Virus record (IMG/VR): IMGVR_UViG_3300045988_013715
Span: 1-37,484 of that record
Length of the DNA: 37,484 nucleotides
Origin: a virus
Strand: one strand, 5' to 3'
The position numbers were made by a program, and so were the translations under genes. How positions within the stretch are numbered: position 1 is the first letter of the stretch; each line of letters begins with the position of its first letter. Positions 25,929 to 32,410 of this stretch are shown in pieces. The notes under the pieces were generated by a model. That model had not been told where the DNA came from. It searched no databases and saw only the letters and a list, made by a program, of their open reading frames with translations.

Positions 25929-25960
25929 GCGGCGGGGCATTATACCCCGCCGCTCTTTTT
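25929..25960 (+). terminator. Intrinsic terminator/attenuator inside the accessory island
   Basis: 9-bp GC stem gcggcgggg / ccccgccgc, 7-nt loop, then tcttttt. Confidence 0.6.
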
Positions 25961-25977
25961 GAAAGGAGAAAACCACA

Positions 25978-26400
25978 ATGGCTGAATTTATCAACGCCTC
26001 GACGTCGCTTGTCGCCGCCGGGCAGAACGTCCCCCTCACCGAAACAGCAGTTGCCGGGAATTGCGGTATCGTCCACCGCGAGGGCGCGGGCATCGTCACC
26101 CTCCGAGGCCTGACGAATCAGTGCCGCGCTCGGTACAAAGTGTCCTTCGGCGCAAACATCGCCATCCCCACCGGCGGAACGGTCGAAGCAATTTCCCTTG
26201 CCCTCGCCGTCAACGGCGAGCCGCTTGTTAGCGCCACCGCCATCGTTACCCCCGCCGCCGTCGGCGATTACGGAAACGTGTTTGTTTCCGCAAACGTCGA
26301 TGTTCCCCGCGGCTGCTGCCTGACTGTCGCGGCGGAGAACATCAGCGGACAGGCCATCAACGTTGCCAACGCCAACATGATCGTTGAGCGCGTGGCGTGA
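25978..26400 (+). CDS. All-beta hypothetical protein, BclA-C-terminal/C1q-like by pattern
   Basis: AAAGGAGAAAA RBS. About 140 aa of alternating hydrophobic beta pattern (IVTLRGL...YKVSFGANIAI...ISLALAVNGEPL...VFVSANVDV...LTVAAENIS...ANMIVERV). Confidence 0.55.
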   Translation: MAEFINASTSLVAAGQNVPLTETAVAGNCGIVHREGAGIVTLRGLTNQCRARYKVSFGANIAIPTGGTVEAISLALAVNGEPLVSATAIVTPAAVGDYGNVFVSANVDVPRGCCLTVAAENISGQAINVANANMIVERVA

Positions 26401-26413
26401 AAGGAGAAAAACC

Positions 26414-26815
26414 ATGAGTGAATATGCAATGAAGTCTATCCGCGAAAAGCTCTGCCGCGAGCTGGACGAAGTGGCCCGTAAGCCCGACCTCGGCGCTGGC
26501 GATCTCGATATCCTCCACAAAATCACCGACACCGTAAAGAACATCGACAAAATCGAAATGCTCGAAGACGGGGACTATTCCCGCGCCGGTGAGTTGGAGG
26601 CGGATATGCGCGGAACCTACGGTCGCGGCAGCAGCTACGCCCGCCGCGGTACGCACTACGTCCGCGGCCACTACAGCCGAGACGGCGAGGGCGACCGCTA
26701 CAGCGAACGGTACAGCCGCGACGGTATGCGCGAGCATATCGAGGGCATGATGCGCGACGCGCAGGACGACCGTACCCGCGAGGCGCTGCGACGCTGCCTC
26801 GACGATCTCGGCTGA
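26414..26815 (+). CDS. Hypothetical protein with Tyr/Arg/Ser/Gly repeats
   Basis: AAGGAG RBS. IDKIEMLEDGDYS, then HYVRGHYSRDGEGDRYSERYSRDG. Confidence 0.6.
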   Translation: MSEYAMKSIREKLCRELDEVARKPDLGAGDLDILHKITDTVKNIDKIEMLEDGDYSRAGELEADMRGTYGRGSSYARRGTHYVRGHYSRDGEGDRYSERYSRDGMREHIEGMMRDAQDDRTREALRRCLDDLG

Positions 26816-26816
26816 C

Positions 26817-27140
26817 ATGCTGGACGCACTCGAGATTCGCAAGGAGATAGCGAGACTCGAGTATGAGGAGTCGAGCTATCCCAATTATGCCAAGTTAGCC
26901 ACGCTCTACACCATCCGCGCCGAAATGAACAAGGCAAACGAGCCGCAGAGCGCCGCGCCGCGAGGGCAGTCCATCCCGGCCTATTCCGGCGCGGCCTACG
27001 GAAACAGCGAATTTCTCCGCACCATCTCGGATAAAGAGCCGCGAGACGCATGGCGGGTGATGGATGAGCTGATGGAGAGCCTGAGCGTGATGCAGCCAAA
27101 GACCTACGCCGCGGTCATGAACAAACTAAACGATCTATAA
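26817..27140 (+). CDS. Hypothetical protein (last gene of the accessory island)
   Basis: Starts 1 nt after the upstream stop. No recognisable family. Confidence 0.55.
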   Translation: MLDALEIRKEIARLEYEESSYPNYAKLATLYTIRAEMNKANEPQSAAPRGQSIPAYSGAAYGNSEFLRTISDKEPRDAWRVMDELMESLSVMQPKTYAAVMNKLNDL

Positions 27141-27146
27141 GCAAGA

Positions 27147-27173
27147 AAACGCTGGGGATTAACCCCAGCGTTT
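27147..27173. terminator. Bidirectional terminator between convergent genes
   Basis: 11-bp stem aaacgctgggg / ccccagcgttt with a 5-nt loop and T-rich flanks on both strands. Overlaps the integrase stop codon. Confidence 0.7.
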
Positions 27174-28787
27174 CTTTCGCGGTATGCTGAATCTCAGCAG
27201 CCCGCCCGCGATGGAAAAGTTATGGAAATTCGTGGTACCGGTGAGGGGACACCCTGAATTTTCGTCCCCTCGGTCTATTGGTTGTAGGTCAATGTTTATT
27301 CCATCTTCGGAAAAGTCAAAATGTCCGTTAGGGTCTGCGTCCAGAAGCGTCCATACAACGATTTTGTCTTTGCCGACTTCCACGCGCATTACCAACGACA
27401 AAAGCGCGTTTACATCGTCTCCTGCGGCGTTTAACAACGTCCTAAGACGATCCTCTGGTATCTGCGTACCATCGGCGCTGTGTTTCAACGTTGTCATTTG
27501 CTGGTCAATTTCCGCAAGCTCTTCTTCAAGCTCCTGCATCTTCGTTTTCAATGTCTGGCTGTGCAGCCCCGCAAGAATCGCATTTGTTCCCGCTTCGAGC
27601 TGCCGGTTGATTTCCATCCTTCGGGCGAGAAGAATTTGCATCCGCTGTGTGGCGACGTTGATTATTTCGTTTTTTTCTTCTCGGATAATGCTGATAATGT
27701 TTTCTATGTTTCCCGGATTTCCCAGGATTTCGCGTATAGCATCAGCGACGATGTTTTCCAGCTCTCCTGCGCCGATCTGCGGATTATCACATTGCCCGGT
27801 TCGCTTTTTCCCGGAACATGCGTAGTAGTAATACGTCTTTTTCGAGCTAACGATCGTCATGGCGCTTTTGCATTCGCGGCAGAACACTTTCCCCTTGAGC
27901 GGGTATTCTCGTGCCTTCGGTGGCCTGCCAGCCTGCACACGTCGGTTATCTTCCATCTTCTTCTGCACCCTTTCCCACGTTTCACGGTCGATGATTGCCG
28001 GGACGGCGTTCTCCATCCGCATTGTTCTGACAGAAAAAGAATGCGAATTTCGCGTACCGTCCGGTCGGCGCTCGCTCCTGCCGTACACAATATTCCCGAT
28101 ATACTTCTCATTCTTCAACAGGTCATGCAGGCTGTTCGTTCCGAAGCATCCGCCGCGTTTTGTGCGCGTCCCGGAATCGTTCAGCCATTTTATTATTTCC
28201 CGATACGATTTCCCCGCGGCGTACTGCCGGAATATCTCCCGTACGGTTTCAGCCTCATCATCGTTGATGACAAGGCGCTCGTCCTCTACGTCGTACCCCA
28301 GCGGCGGCTTTCCGCCCGTGTGCTTGCCCTGCTCCGCCATGTAACGCATCTTTTCGATGACCTTCTGCCGCGTTTGTAGCACCCACATCTGATTCATCAG
28401 AGCCATGCTGCCCTCGGACAGAAACGTCATCGGGTCGCGCAGGTCGCCGCCGATGATCGGCTGCGTCACGGCCACGACGCGCACACCATAGCACGCCATC
28501 TGTTCGCGGAATTGAAACCACGCCGTCAGCTTGCGGAACATTCGAGACTGGTCGTAAATAACAACCGTGTCCGCCCCGCCCTCGGCGAGCTGCCGCATCA
28601 TGCGGGCATACTCCGGTCTTGTGTTCTTCATGCCGGATGTAGCCTCGTCAGCGAACACGTCCAGTACAGAAAGGTGCTCCCGTGCGCACCACTCGCGGCA
28701 CTTCTGCACCTGCACGTCGATGCTGTCCACCTCTTGATTGTCGGTTGAGAAGCGAGCAAGAATGTACGCTCCGTGTGTCAGTCTCAT
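27159..28787 (-). CDS. Large serine recombinase (phage integrase)
   Basis: N-terminal resolvase domain with YILARFSTDNQ (catalytic Ser), recombinase domain, a zinc-ribbon (CRECKS...CSGKKRTGQC) and a coiled coil. 542 aa. Confidence 0.9.
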   Translation of the reverse strand: MRLTHGAYILARFSTDNQEVDSIDVQVQKCREWCAREHLSVLDVFADEATSGMKNTRPEYARMMRQLAEGGADTVVIYDQSRMFRKLTAWFQFREQMACYGVRVVAVTQPIIGGDLRDPMTFLSEGSMALMNQMWVLQTRQKVIEKMRYMAEQGKHTGGKPPLGYDVEDERLVINDDEAETVREIFRQYAAGKSYREIIKWLNDSGTRTKRGGCFGTNSLHDLLKNEKYIGNIVYGRSERRPDGTRNSHSFSVRTMRMENAVPAIIDRETWERVQKKMEDNRRVQAGRPPKAREYPLKGKVFCRECKSAMTIVSSKKTYYYYACSGKKRTGQCDNPQIGAGELENIVADAIREILGNPGNIENIISIIREEKNEIINVATQRMQILLARRMEINRQLEAGTNAILAGLHSQTLKTKMQELEEELAEIDQQMTTLKHSADGTQIPEDRLRTLLNAAGDDVNALLSLVMRVEVGKDKIVVWTLLDADPNGHFDFSEDGINIDLQPIDRGDENSGCPLTGTTNFHNFSIAGGLLRFSIPRKKRWG

Positions 28788-29344
28788 TTCTTTCTCCCTT
28801 TGCGGATGCTTTTGAACGCGTAAATGATGGTTGCGACGGAGGCGTTCAGTATCAGGGCGAGGACGCCCGCAAGAACGCTTGTCCCCGCCGAGCGGAAAAT
28901 ACCGGCGGTCTCTACCTGGATGTCAAATATGACGTACCATACAACGGCGCACAAAAGAATACTGCATACGCCTATGAGCATATAAATTGTCCTTGTGTGT
29001 GTTTCCCCCTGCTTTTTCATCCCTGCGTTCATTTCTTGCAGGTGCTTTACCTCGCCGGATAACCGCACGTTCTCCAATTCCAGCTCATGGACATACTGCG
29101 TGTCCGGCTGCTCATCCAGACCGACAAGCTCATTCAGCGACAGATTCAATACCTTGCAAGTAGCAGCGGCATAAAAAAGGAGCGGGTGCTTGACCCGCCC
29201 TGCATTTGTGTCGCAGATGTTGTTATAGGGGACGCCGGACAGGTCGGACAACTCTTGCAGGGTAAAGCCGCTGGCATTTTTCGCCTTGCGAATTTTGGTG
29301 GGATAATCGTCTAAGTAAGGCTGTAGGTCTGTGAGCGCGGACAC
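28784..29344 (-). CDS. Membrane-anchored XRE-family HTH protein
   Basis: GTG start after GGAGATGG. HTH (FTLQELSDLSGVPYNNICDTNAGR), a coiled coil, then two hydrophobic helices (IYMLIGVCSILLCAVVWYVIF and VLAGVLALILNASVATIIYAF). 4-nt overlap with the integrase start. Confidence 0.7.
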   Translation of the reverse strand: MSALTDLQPYLDDYPTKIRKAKNASGFTLQELSDLSGVPYNNICDTNAGRVKHPLLFYAAATCKVLNLSLNELVGLDEQPDTQYVHELELENVRLSGEVKHLQEMNAGMKKQGETHTRTIYMLIGVCSILLCAVVWYVIFDIQVETAGIFRSAGTSVLAGVLALILNASVATIIYAFKSIRKGRKK

Positions 29345-29544
29345 TTTTTATCCATCTCCATTCAGTTGTTGTTTTTCCCAACAGTTTTGGGAACGGTTCT
29401 TGAGTTTTCCTCCTGATTTGTGATTTACAACATGGACTTTATAAACAGAACGGGGTACGCTTGATTCGTGGCAGACGTGTCGGTTTACCACCTTTCTCAA
29501 AGCCCCGGCAGAGGTTGCCGCCAATGCCGGGGCACTTCTCAAAG

Positions 29545-30162
29545 TTAATCGACGTATTCAGCGCCGATTGCGTCGGCGATGTTTTTGCCGGATACGGTTT
29601 CAACTTCAACGCCCATCTCTTTCAACTTTTCGGCGGTAACGTATTTTGTCGCGCTCTCCATTCCGTAAAGTTTATTTCGTCCCTCGATAAGGACAGAGGA
29701 ACCGTTAACAATCTCCGAAAGTGTCTCCCCGGCATATAGACCGCTTGAGCTAACCCAGTCGAAATGAACGCAAGTAAAAATATTTGTTGCCTTTGACCCG
29801 ACAACAGTAAAACGGTTAATGTCACCGTATATTTTCATTCCGTCCGAATTGGCGATGTTATTCTTCAATGTCAGGCAATCGGCGACTATAGGAAGCTCCA
29901 TGTACTGTTCTTTCGCCGCGTCAAGCGCCGTCGTATCCGCGGCGGTCTTTTCTTCATCGGTAAGCGCGTCGTAAGCATCCATCGCGGCGCGGATTGTGTC
30001 CCAACTGTCGTATGTGATCTCCGTAGGCAGAGCGTCGACGGCGGTTTCGTAGTCCGTCATTTCCTGCGACTTCTGTGGCTCTTTCGGTGCCGCCGCGCCG
30101 CACGCGCAAAGCGTGAAAACGAGCGCAAAGACTAATGCAAGGGCAAGCAGTTTCTTTCTCAT
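29545..30162 (-). CDS. Secreted lipoprotein (candidate superinfection-exclusion factor)
   Basis: MRKKLLALALVFALVFTLCACG signal peptide with a lipobox-like LCAC. Located between the integrase and the repressor. Confidence 0.7.
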   Translation of the reverse strand: MRKKLLALALVFALVFTLCACGAAAPKEPQKSQEMTDYETAVDALPTEITYDSWDTIRAAMDAYDALTDEEKTAADTTALDAAKEQYMELPIVADCLTLKNNIANSDGMKIYGDINRFTVVGSKATNIFTCVHFDWVSSSGLYAGETLSEIVNGSSVLIEGRNKLYGMESATKYVTAEKLKEMGVEVETVSGKNIADAIGAEYVD

Positions 30163-30199
30163 AATATCCCACTCCTATTAAATTTTTGTTGTGGCTGTG

Positions 30200-30228
30200 T
30201 TCAGAATAACGCTTTTCATCGATAGAAT
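30200..30228 (+). promoter_or_regulatory. Candidate promoter TTCAGA-17-TAGAAT for the 33-codon ORF
   Basis: Hexamers at 30200..30205 and 30223..30228 with a 17-nt spacer. A mirror-image weak promoter (TTGATT-17-TATTCT) on the minus strand would serve the lipoprotein gene. Confidence 0.35.
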
Positions 30229-30271
30229 CAAGTTTAAATTTGTCGAAAGGCAATAAAATAAGGAGGAAGCA

Positions 30272-30373
30272 ATGGAAAAGGAACGCCAAATCGAGAAGAT
30301 CATCCGTCTTTTGTACCTCATGGACGAAAAACTCCTGCGCCTCTTATACATCACCGCGCTCAACATGCTGTAG
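30272..30373 (+). CDS. 33-aa micro-protein MEKERQIEKIIRLLYLMDEKLLRLLYITALNML
   Basis: Perfect AAGGAGG 6 nt upstream of the ATG. Followed immediately by a strong terminator. Confidence 0.55.
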   Translation: MEKERQIEKIIRLLYLMDEKLLRLLYITALNML

Positions 30374-30387
30374 CCGAATAGAGAATT

Positions 30388-30421
30388 GCCCGGTACGGAT
30401 CACTCCGTATCGGGCTTTTTT
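30388..30421 (+). terminator. Rho-independent terminator (overlaps the 3' end of the repressor gene on the other strand)
   Basis: 11-bp stem gcccggtacgg / ccgtatcgggc (one G-U pair), 6-nt loop, T6 run. Confidence 0.75.
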
Positions 30422-30792
30422 ATTGTCTCGGCAAACCGCCGCAGGGCGCGGGCGAGAGTTTCCCATTCCTCTACCGGCGTTTCCGCCATGAACTTGATGA
30501 TGCTCTCCTCAATGTCCGTGATATGCCCGCCGGTGATCTTGCCGACGTACGCCGCGATGGTGTCCTCGCGCGAGAGCTGCATGAACGGCTCGCCCGTGCC
30601 GTCCCGCAGCCAGTCCTCGTTGACGTTGTATACGCGGCATATATCGGCAATCGTTCGGTCGCTCGGTTGCTTAGTCCCGGCGCAAACGGCGGAAATAAAC
30701 TGCGGCGATACGTTGATGCTCTCCGCAAACTGAGTCTTGGTCATTCCCTTTGCGTGGATTAGAGCGGCGATTTGCTTATTTAAGATATCCAT
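30400..30792 (-). CDS. XRE-family phage repressor (CI-like, no peptidase domain)
   Basis: IAALIHAKGMTKTQFAESINVSPQFISAVCAGTKQPSDRTIADICRVYNV (HTH_XRE). Divergent from the early operon. Confidence 0.8.
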   Translation of the reverse strand: MDILNKQIAALIHAKGMTKTQFAESINVSPQFISAVCAGTKQPSDRTIADICRVYNVNEDWLRDGTGEPFMQLSREDTIAAYVGKITGGHITDIEESIIKFMAETPVEEWETLARALRRFAETIKKPDTE

Positions 30793-30816
30793 TTTTCGTT
30801 ACCTCCTTTCGCTATC

Positions 30817-30845
30817 AATATAACACTGGCGGGCGTGATAGTCAA
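30817..30845 (-). promoter_or_regulatory. Leftward (repressor) promoter TTGACT-17-TGtTATATT
   Basis: On the minus strand: -35 at 30840..30845, -10 at 30817..30822 with an extended TG. AAGGAGG RBS at 30803..30809. Confidence 0.6.
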
Positions 30846-30851
30846 GAAAAT

Positions 30852-30915
30852 TTTAAACCTAGTTTCAAAAAATGCTTGACATTTAAACTAAGTAGCGTTA
30901 AAATGAAACCAAGTT
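30852..30915. promoter_or_regulatory. Three copies of an operator-like motif TTTAAAC-N2-AGT
   Basis: TTTAAACCTAGTT (30852..30864), TTTAAACTAAGTA (30882..30894) and ATGAAACCAAGTT (30903..30915). Copies 2 and 3 cover the spacer, the -10 and the start region of the rightward promoter. Confidence 0.5.
30876..30904 (+). promoter_or_regulatory. Rightward early promoter TTGACA-17-TAAAAT
   Basis: Consensus -35 at 30876..30881, 17-nt spacer, -10 at 30899..30904. Confidence 0.65.
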
Positions 30916-30966
30916 GAGCGAGCAACCAACCCCCGCCTGTCATGGCGGCAGAAAGGAGGCGAAAAC

Positions 30967-31428
30967 GTGAAGTTTACGAAAATACCCGAAGCCCCGTTTA
31001 TCGAGGCAAAGCAAGAGCTTCAAAGGAAGGTCTACCGGCTCTGGAAGCGACAGGTTGAGCAGTTGGAAGCAACAGACCTCAGCTGCCTTACACCGACGGA
31101 GCTTGCCGCCGCCATGGACGCAACAACGCAGATGTGGCGCGAAATGGAAAAGACCGGCTGGCATGACGATGTTTGGGAAGGAGACAAAAACGTGAAAGCC
31201 GTAAAGATCACCCTCAAAGGCCGTGCGTTGACGGCGGCGGTCGAATCCGGTCTTATCCGCCGGAAGCTCTCCGGAGACATCCCGATGCGGAAGTTTGAGC
31301 GGTTCTGGGCGCTGTTTTCCCCGTGGCTATCGACCGACGCGGAACAGGGCGACGATCTCTACCAAATGGTCGAAGCACCAGCCGACAGCGCCGCCGATGA
31401 CGAGAAACAGGAAGTCACGCCAGAATGA
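30967..31428 (+). CDS. First early gene, hypothetical protein
   Basis: GTG 7 nt after AAAGGAGG. 153 aa with an acidic C-terminus. Confidence 0.6.
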   Translation: MKFTKIPEAPFIEAKQELQRKVYRLWKRQVEQLEATDLSCLTPTELAAAMDATTQMWREMEKTGWHDDVWEGDKNVKAVKITLKGRALTAAVESGLIRRKLSGDIPMRKFERFWALFSPWLSTDAEQGDDLYQMVEAPADSAADDEKQEVTPE

Positions 31429-31677
31429 CCGCCGCTTCTCTTTCCGCTGCATTTCCCGCAGAAACAGGTAGTTTTTCCCGGCTTCGTTTATTTTCGCACC
31501 GTGAGCAAACCAGCCGTTTGCCGTGGTTTCATACTTCTCGGCAAGCCCTAAGCGGATGAGATTGTCCAGCGTATCGGCGTTTTCTTTATCCCGCAGCACA
31601 GCGCCGGAGGTCAATTCCGCAAGCGCTTCCGCCTCGTTCTTCGGCAGATCGACATTCAGCAAATCCGAAATATTCAA
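31327..31677 (-). CDS. Opposite-strand hypothetical protein (winged-helix-like region + C-terminal hydrophobic segment)
   Basis: Fills a roughly 300-nt gap with no plus-strand ORF. TTG start preceded by GGGGGTGG, with TGgTATATT (extended -10) about 18 nt upstream. Contains LDNLIRLGLAEKYETTANGWFAHGAKINEAGKNYL. The 3' end overlaps 30967..31428 by about 100 nt. Confidence 0.45.
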   Translation of the reverse strand: MNISDLLNVDLPKNEAEALAELTSGAVLRDKENADTLDNLIRLGLAEKYETTANGWFAHGAKINEAGKNYLFLREMQRKEKRRSFWRDFLFLVIGGAVGWCFDHLVEIVALFRVGR

Positions 31678-31735
31678 AATACCACCCCCGCCGCCAATAT
31701 ACCACACGGCGGACGGGAAAGAAAGGAGAAACCCC

Positions 31736-31879
31736 ATGAGCGAAAAGGAAAAGCAGGCTGCAAAGGAAGTCATCGACAGCCTGAAACAGATTCCCCCGGA
31801 TGGCGCGGATTATGTCCGCGGCTATTTGCAGGGCAGACTTGACGGCATCAAATCCGAGAAGAAAGAGGATAAAGAATGA
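31736..31879 (+). CDS. Small hypothetical protein (47 aa)
   Basis: ATG after AAAGGAGA. MSEKEKQAAKEVIDSLKQIPPDGADYVRGYLQGRLDG. Confidence 0.55.
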   Translation: MSEKEKQAAKEVIDSLKQIPPDGADYVRGYLQGRLDGIKSEKKEDKE

Positions 31880-32241
31880 ACTGGTTAATTCTATCTTGCG
31901 TATGCGCTCTCGTTTCCGTGGCGGCTGGTCTGTTAACGCGAAAGTTTGCGTATGACGACAGGCCGATTTCTGTTAGCGCTGCATATGCGGTGGCCGCGAT
32001 TGCATGCATCGTCTTTTTTCTCTTACTCGCCGTTAGTGATAGAACGGAAGAAAGCGTGTTTGCAGAGCAGAAAAAGTATATCGAATCCCATGTTTCGCAA
32101 ACCGAGATCGAGGACGCGGCACTAACGTCGAAGAAAATCGAGCTGAACGCATGGCTTTACACGGCGCAGTACATAAAAAGCCATTATAAAAGATGGTCGT
32201 GTTACTCGGATGAGATTCTGGATTGGGAACCGATACAGTAA
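31876..32241 (+). CDS. Hypothetical membrane protein (two TM helices)
   Basis: ATGA coupling. Hydrophobic segments WLILSCVCALVSVAAGLL and AYAVAAIACIVFFLLLAV. Confidence 0.6.
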   Translation: MNWLILSCVCALVSVAAGLLTRKFAYDDRPISVSAAYAVAAIACIVFFLLLAVSDRTEESVFAEQKKYIESHVSQTEIEDAALTSKKIELNAWLYTAQYIKSHYKRWSCYSDEILDWEPIQ

Positions 32242-32254
32242 GGAGGGAGAGTAA

Positions 32255-32410
32255 ATGCTCATCATTGATCGCAAGACCGGGGCGATCAAAGCACGGGAAA
32301 TCACGCAGGAGCAGCGCGACACCCTCTGGGGCGAGCTTTTACGGAATTACATCCACAAGCACCCCGAGGCGCTGGCCGAGAAGGACAAAGGCGATGATCG
32401 CCCCTTGTAA
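32255..32410 (+). CDS. Small hypothetical protein (51 aa)
   Basis: ATG after AGGAGGGAG. Overlaps the next gene start by 17 nt. Confidence 0.5.
   Translation: MLIIDRKTGAIKAREITQEQRDTLWGELLRNYIHKHPEALAEKDKGDDRPL

Noticed and set aside
25117-26550. 477-aa minus-strand ORF across the accessory island
   Set aside because: It is antisense to three plus-strand genes that have strong RBSs. Its translation is Ala/Gly/Arg-rich and low-complexity, so I judge it a shadow ORF.
29348-29542. 64-aa minus-strand ORF, and the 29461..29739 plus-strand ORF, in the int-lipoprotein gap
   Set aside because: Neither has an RBS. Their translations are Arg/Pro/Gly-rich. The region is better explained as terminator hairpin plus promoter/leader of the integrase operon.
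30178-30491. Track ORFs 30178..30366 (minus) and 30240..30491 (plus)
   Set aside because: Both are Arg/Ser-rich with no RBS. The same region holds a 33-codon ORF with a perfect AAGGAGG and a terminator, which explains the sequence better.
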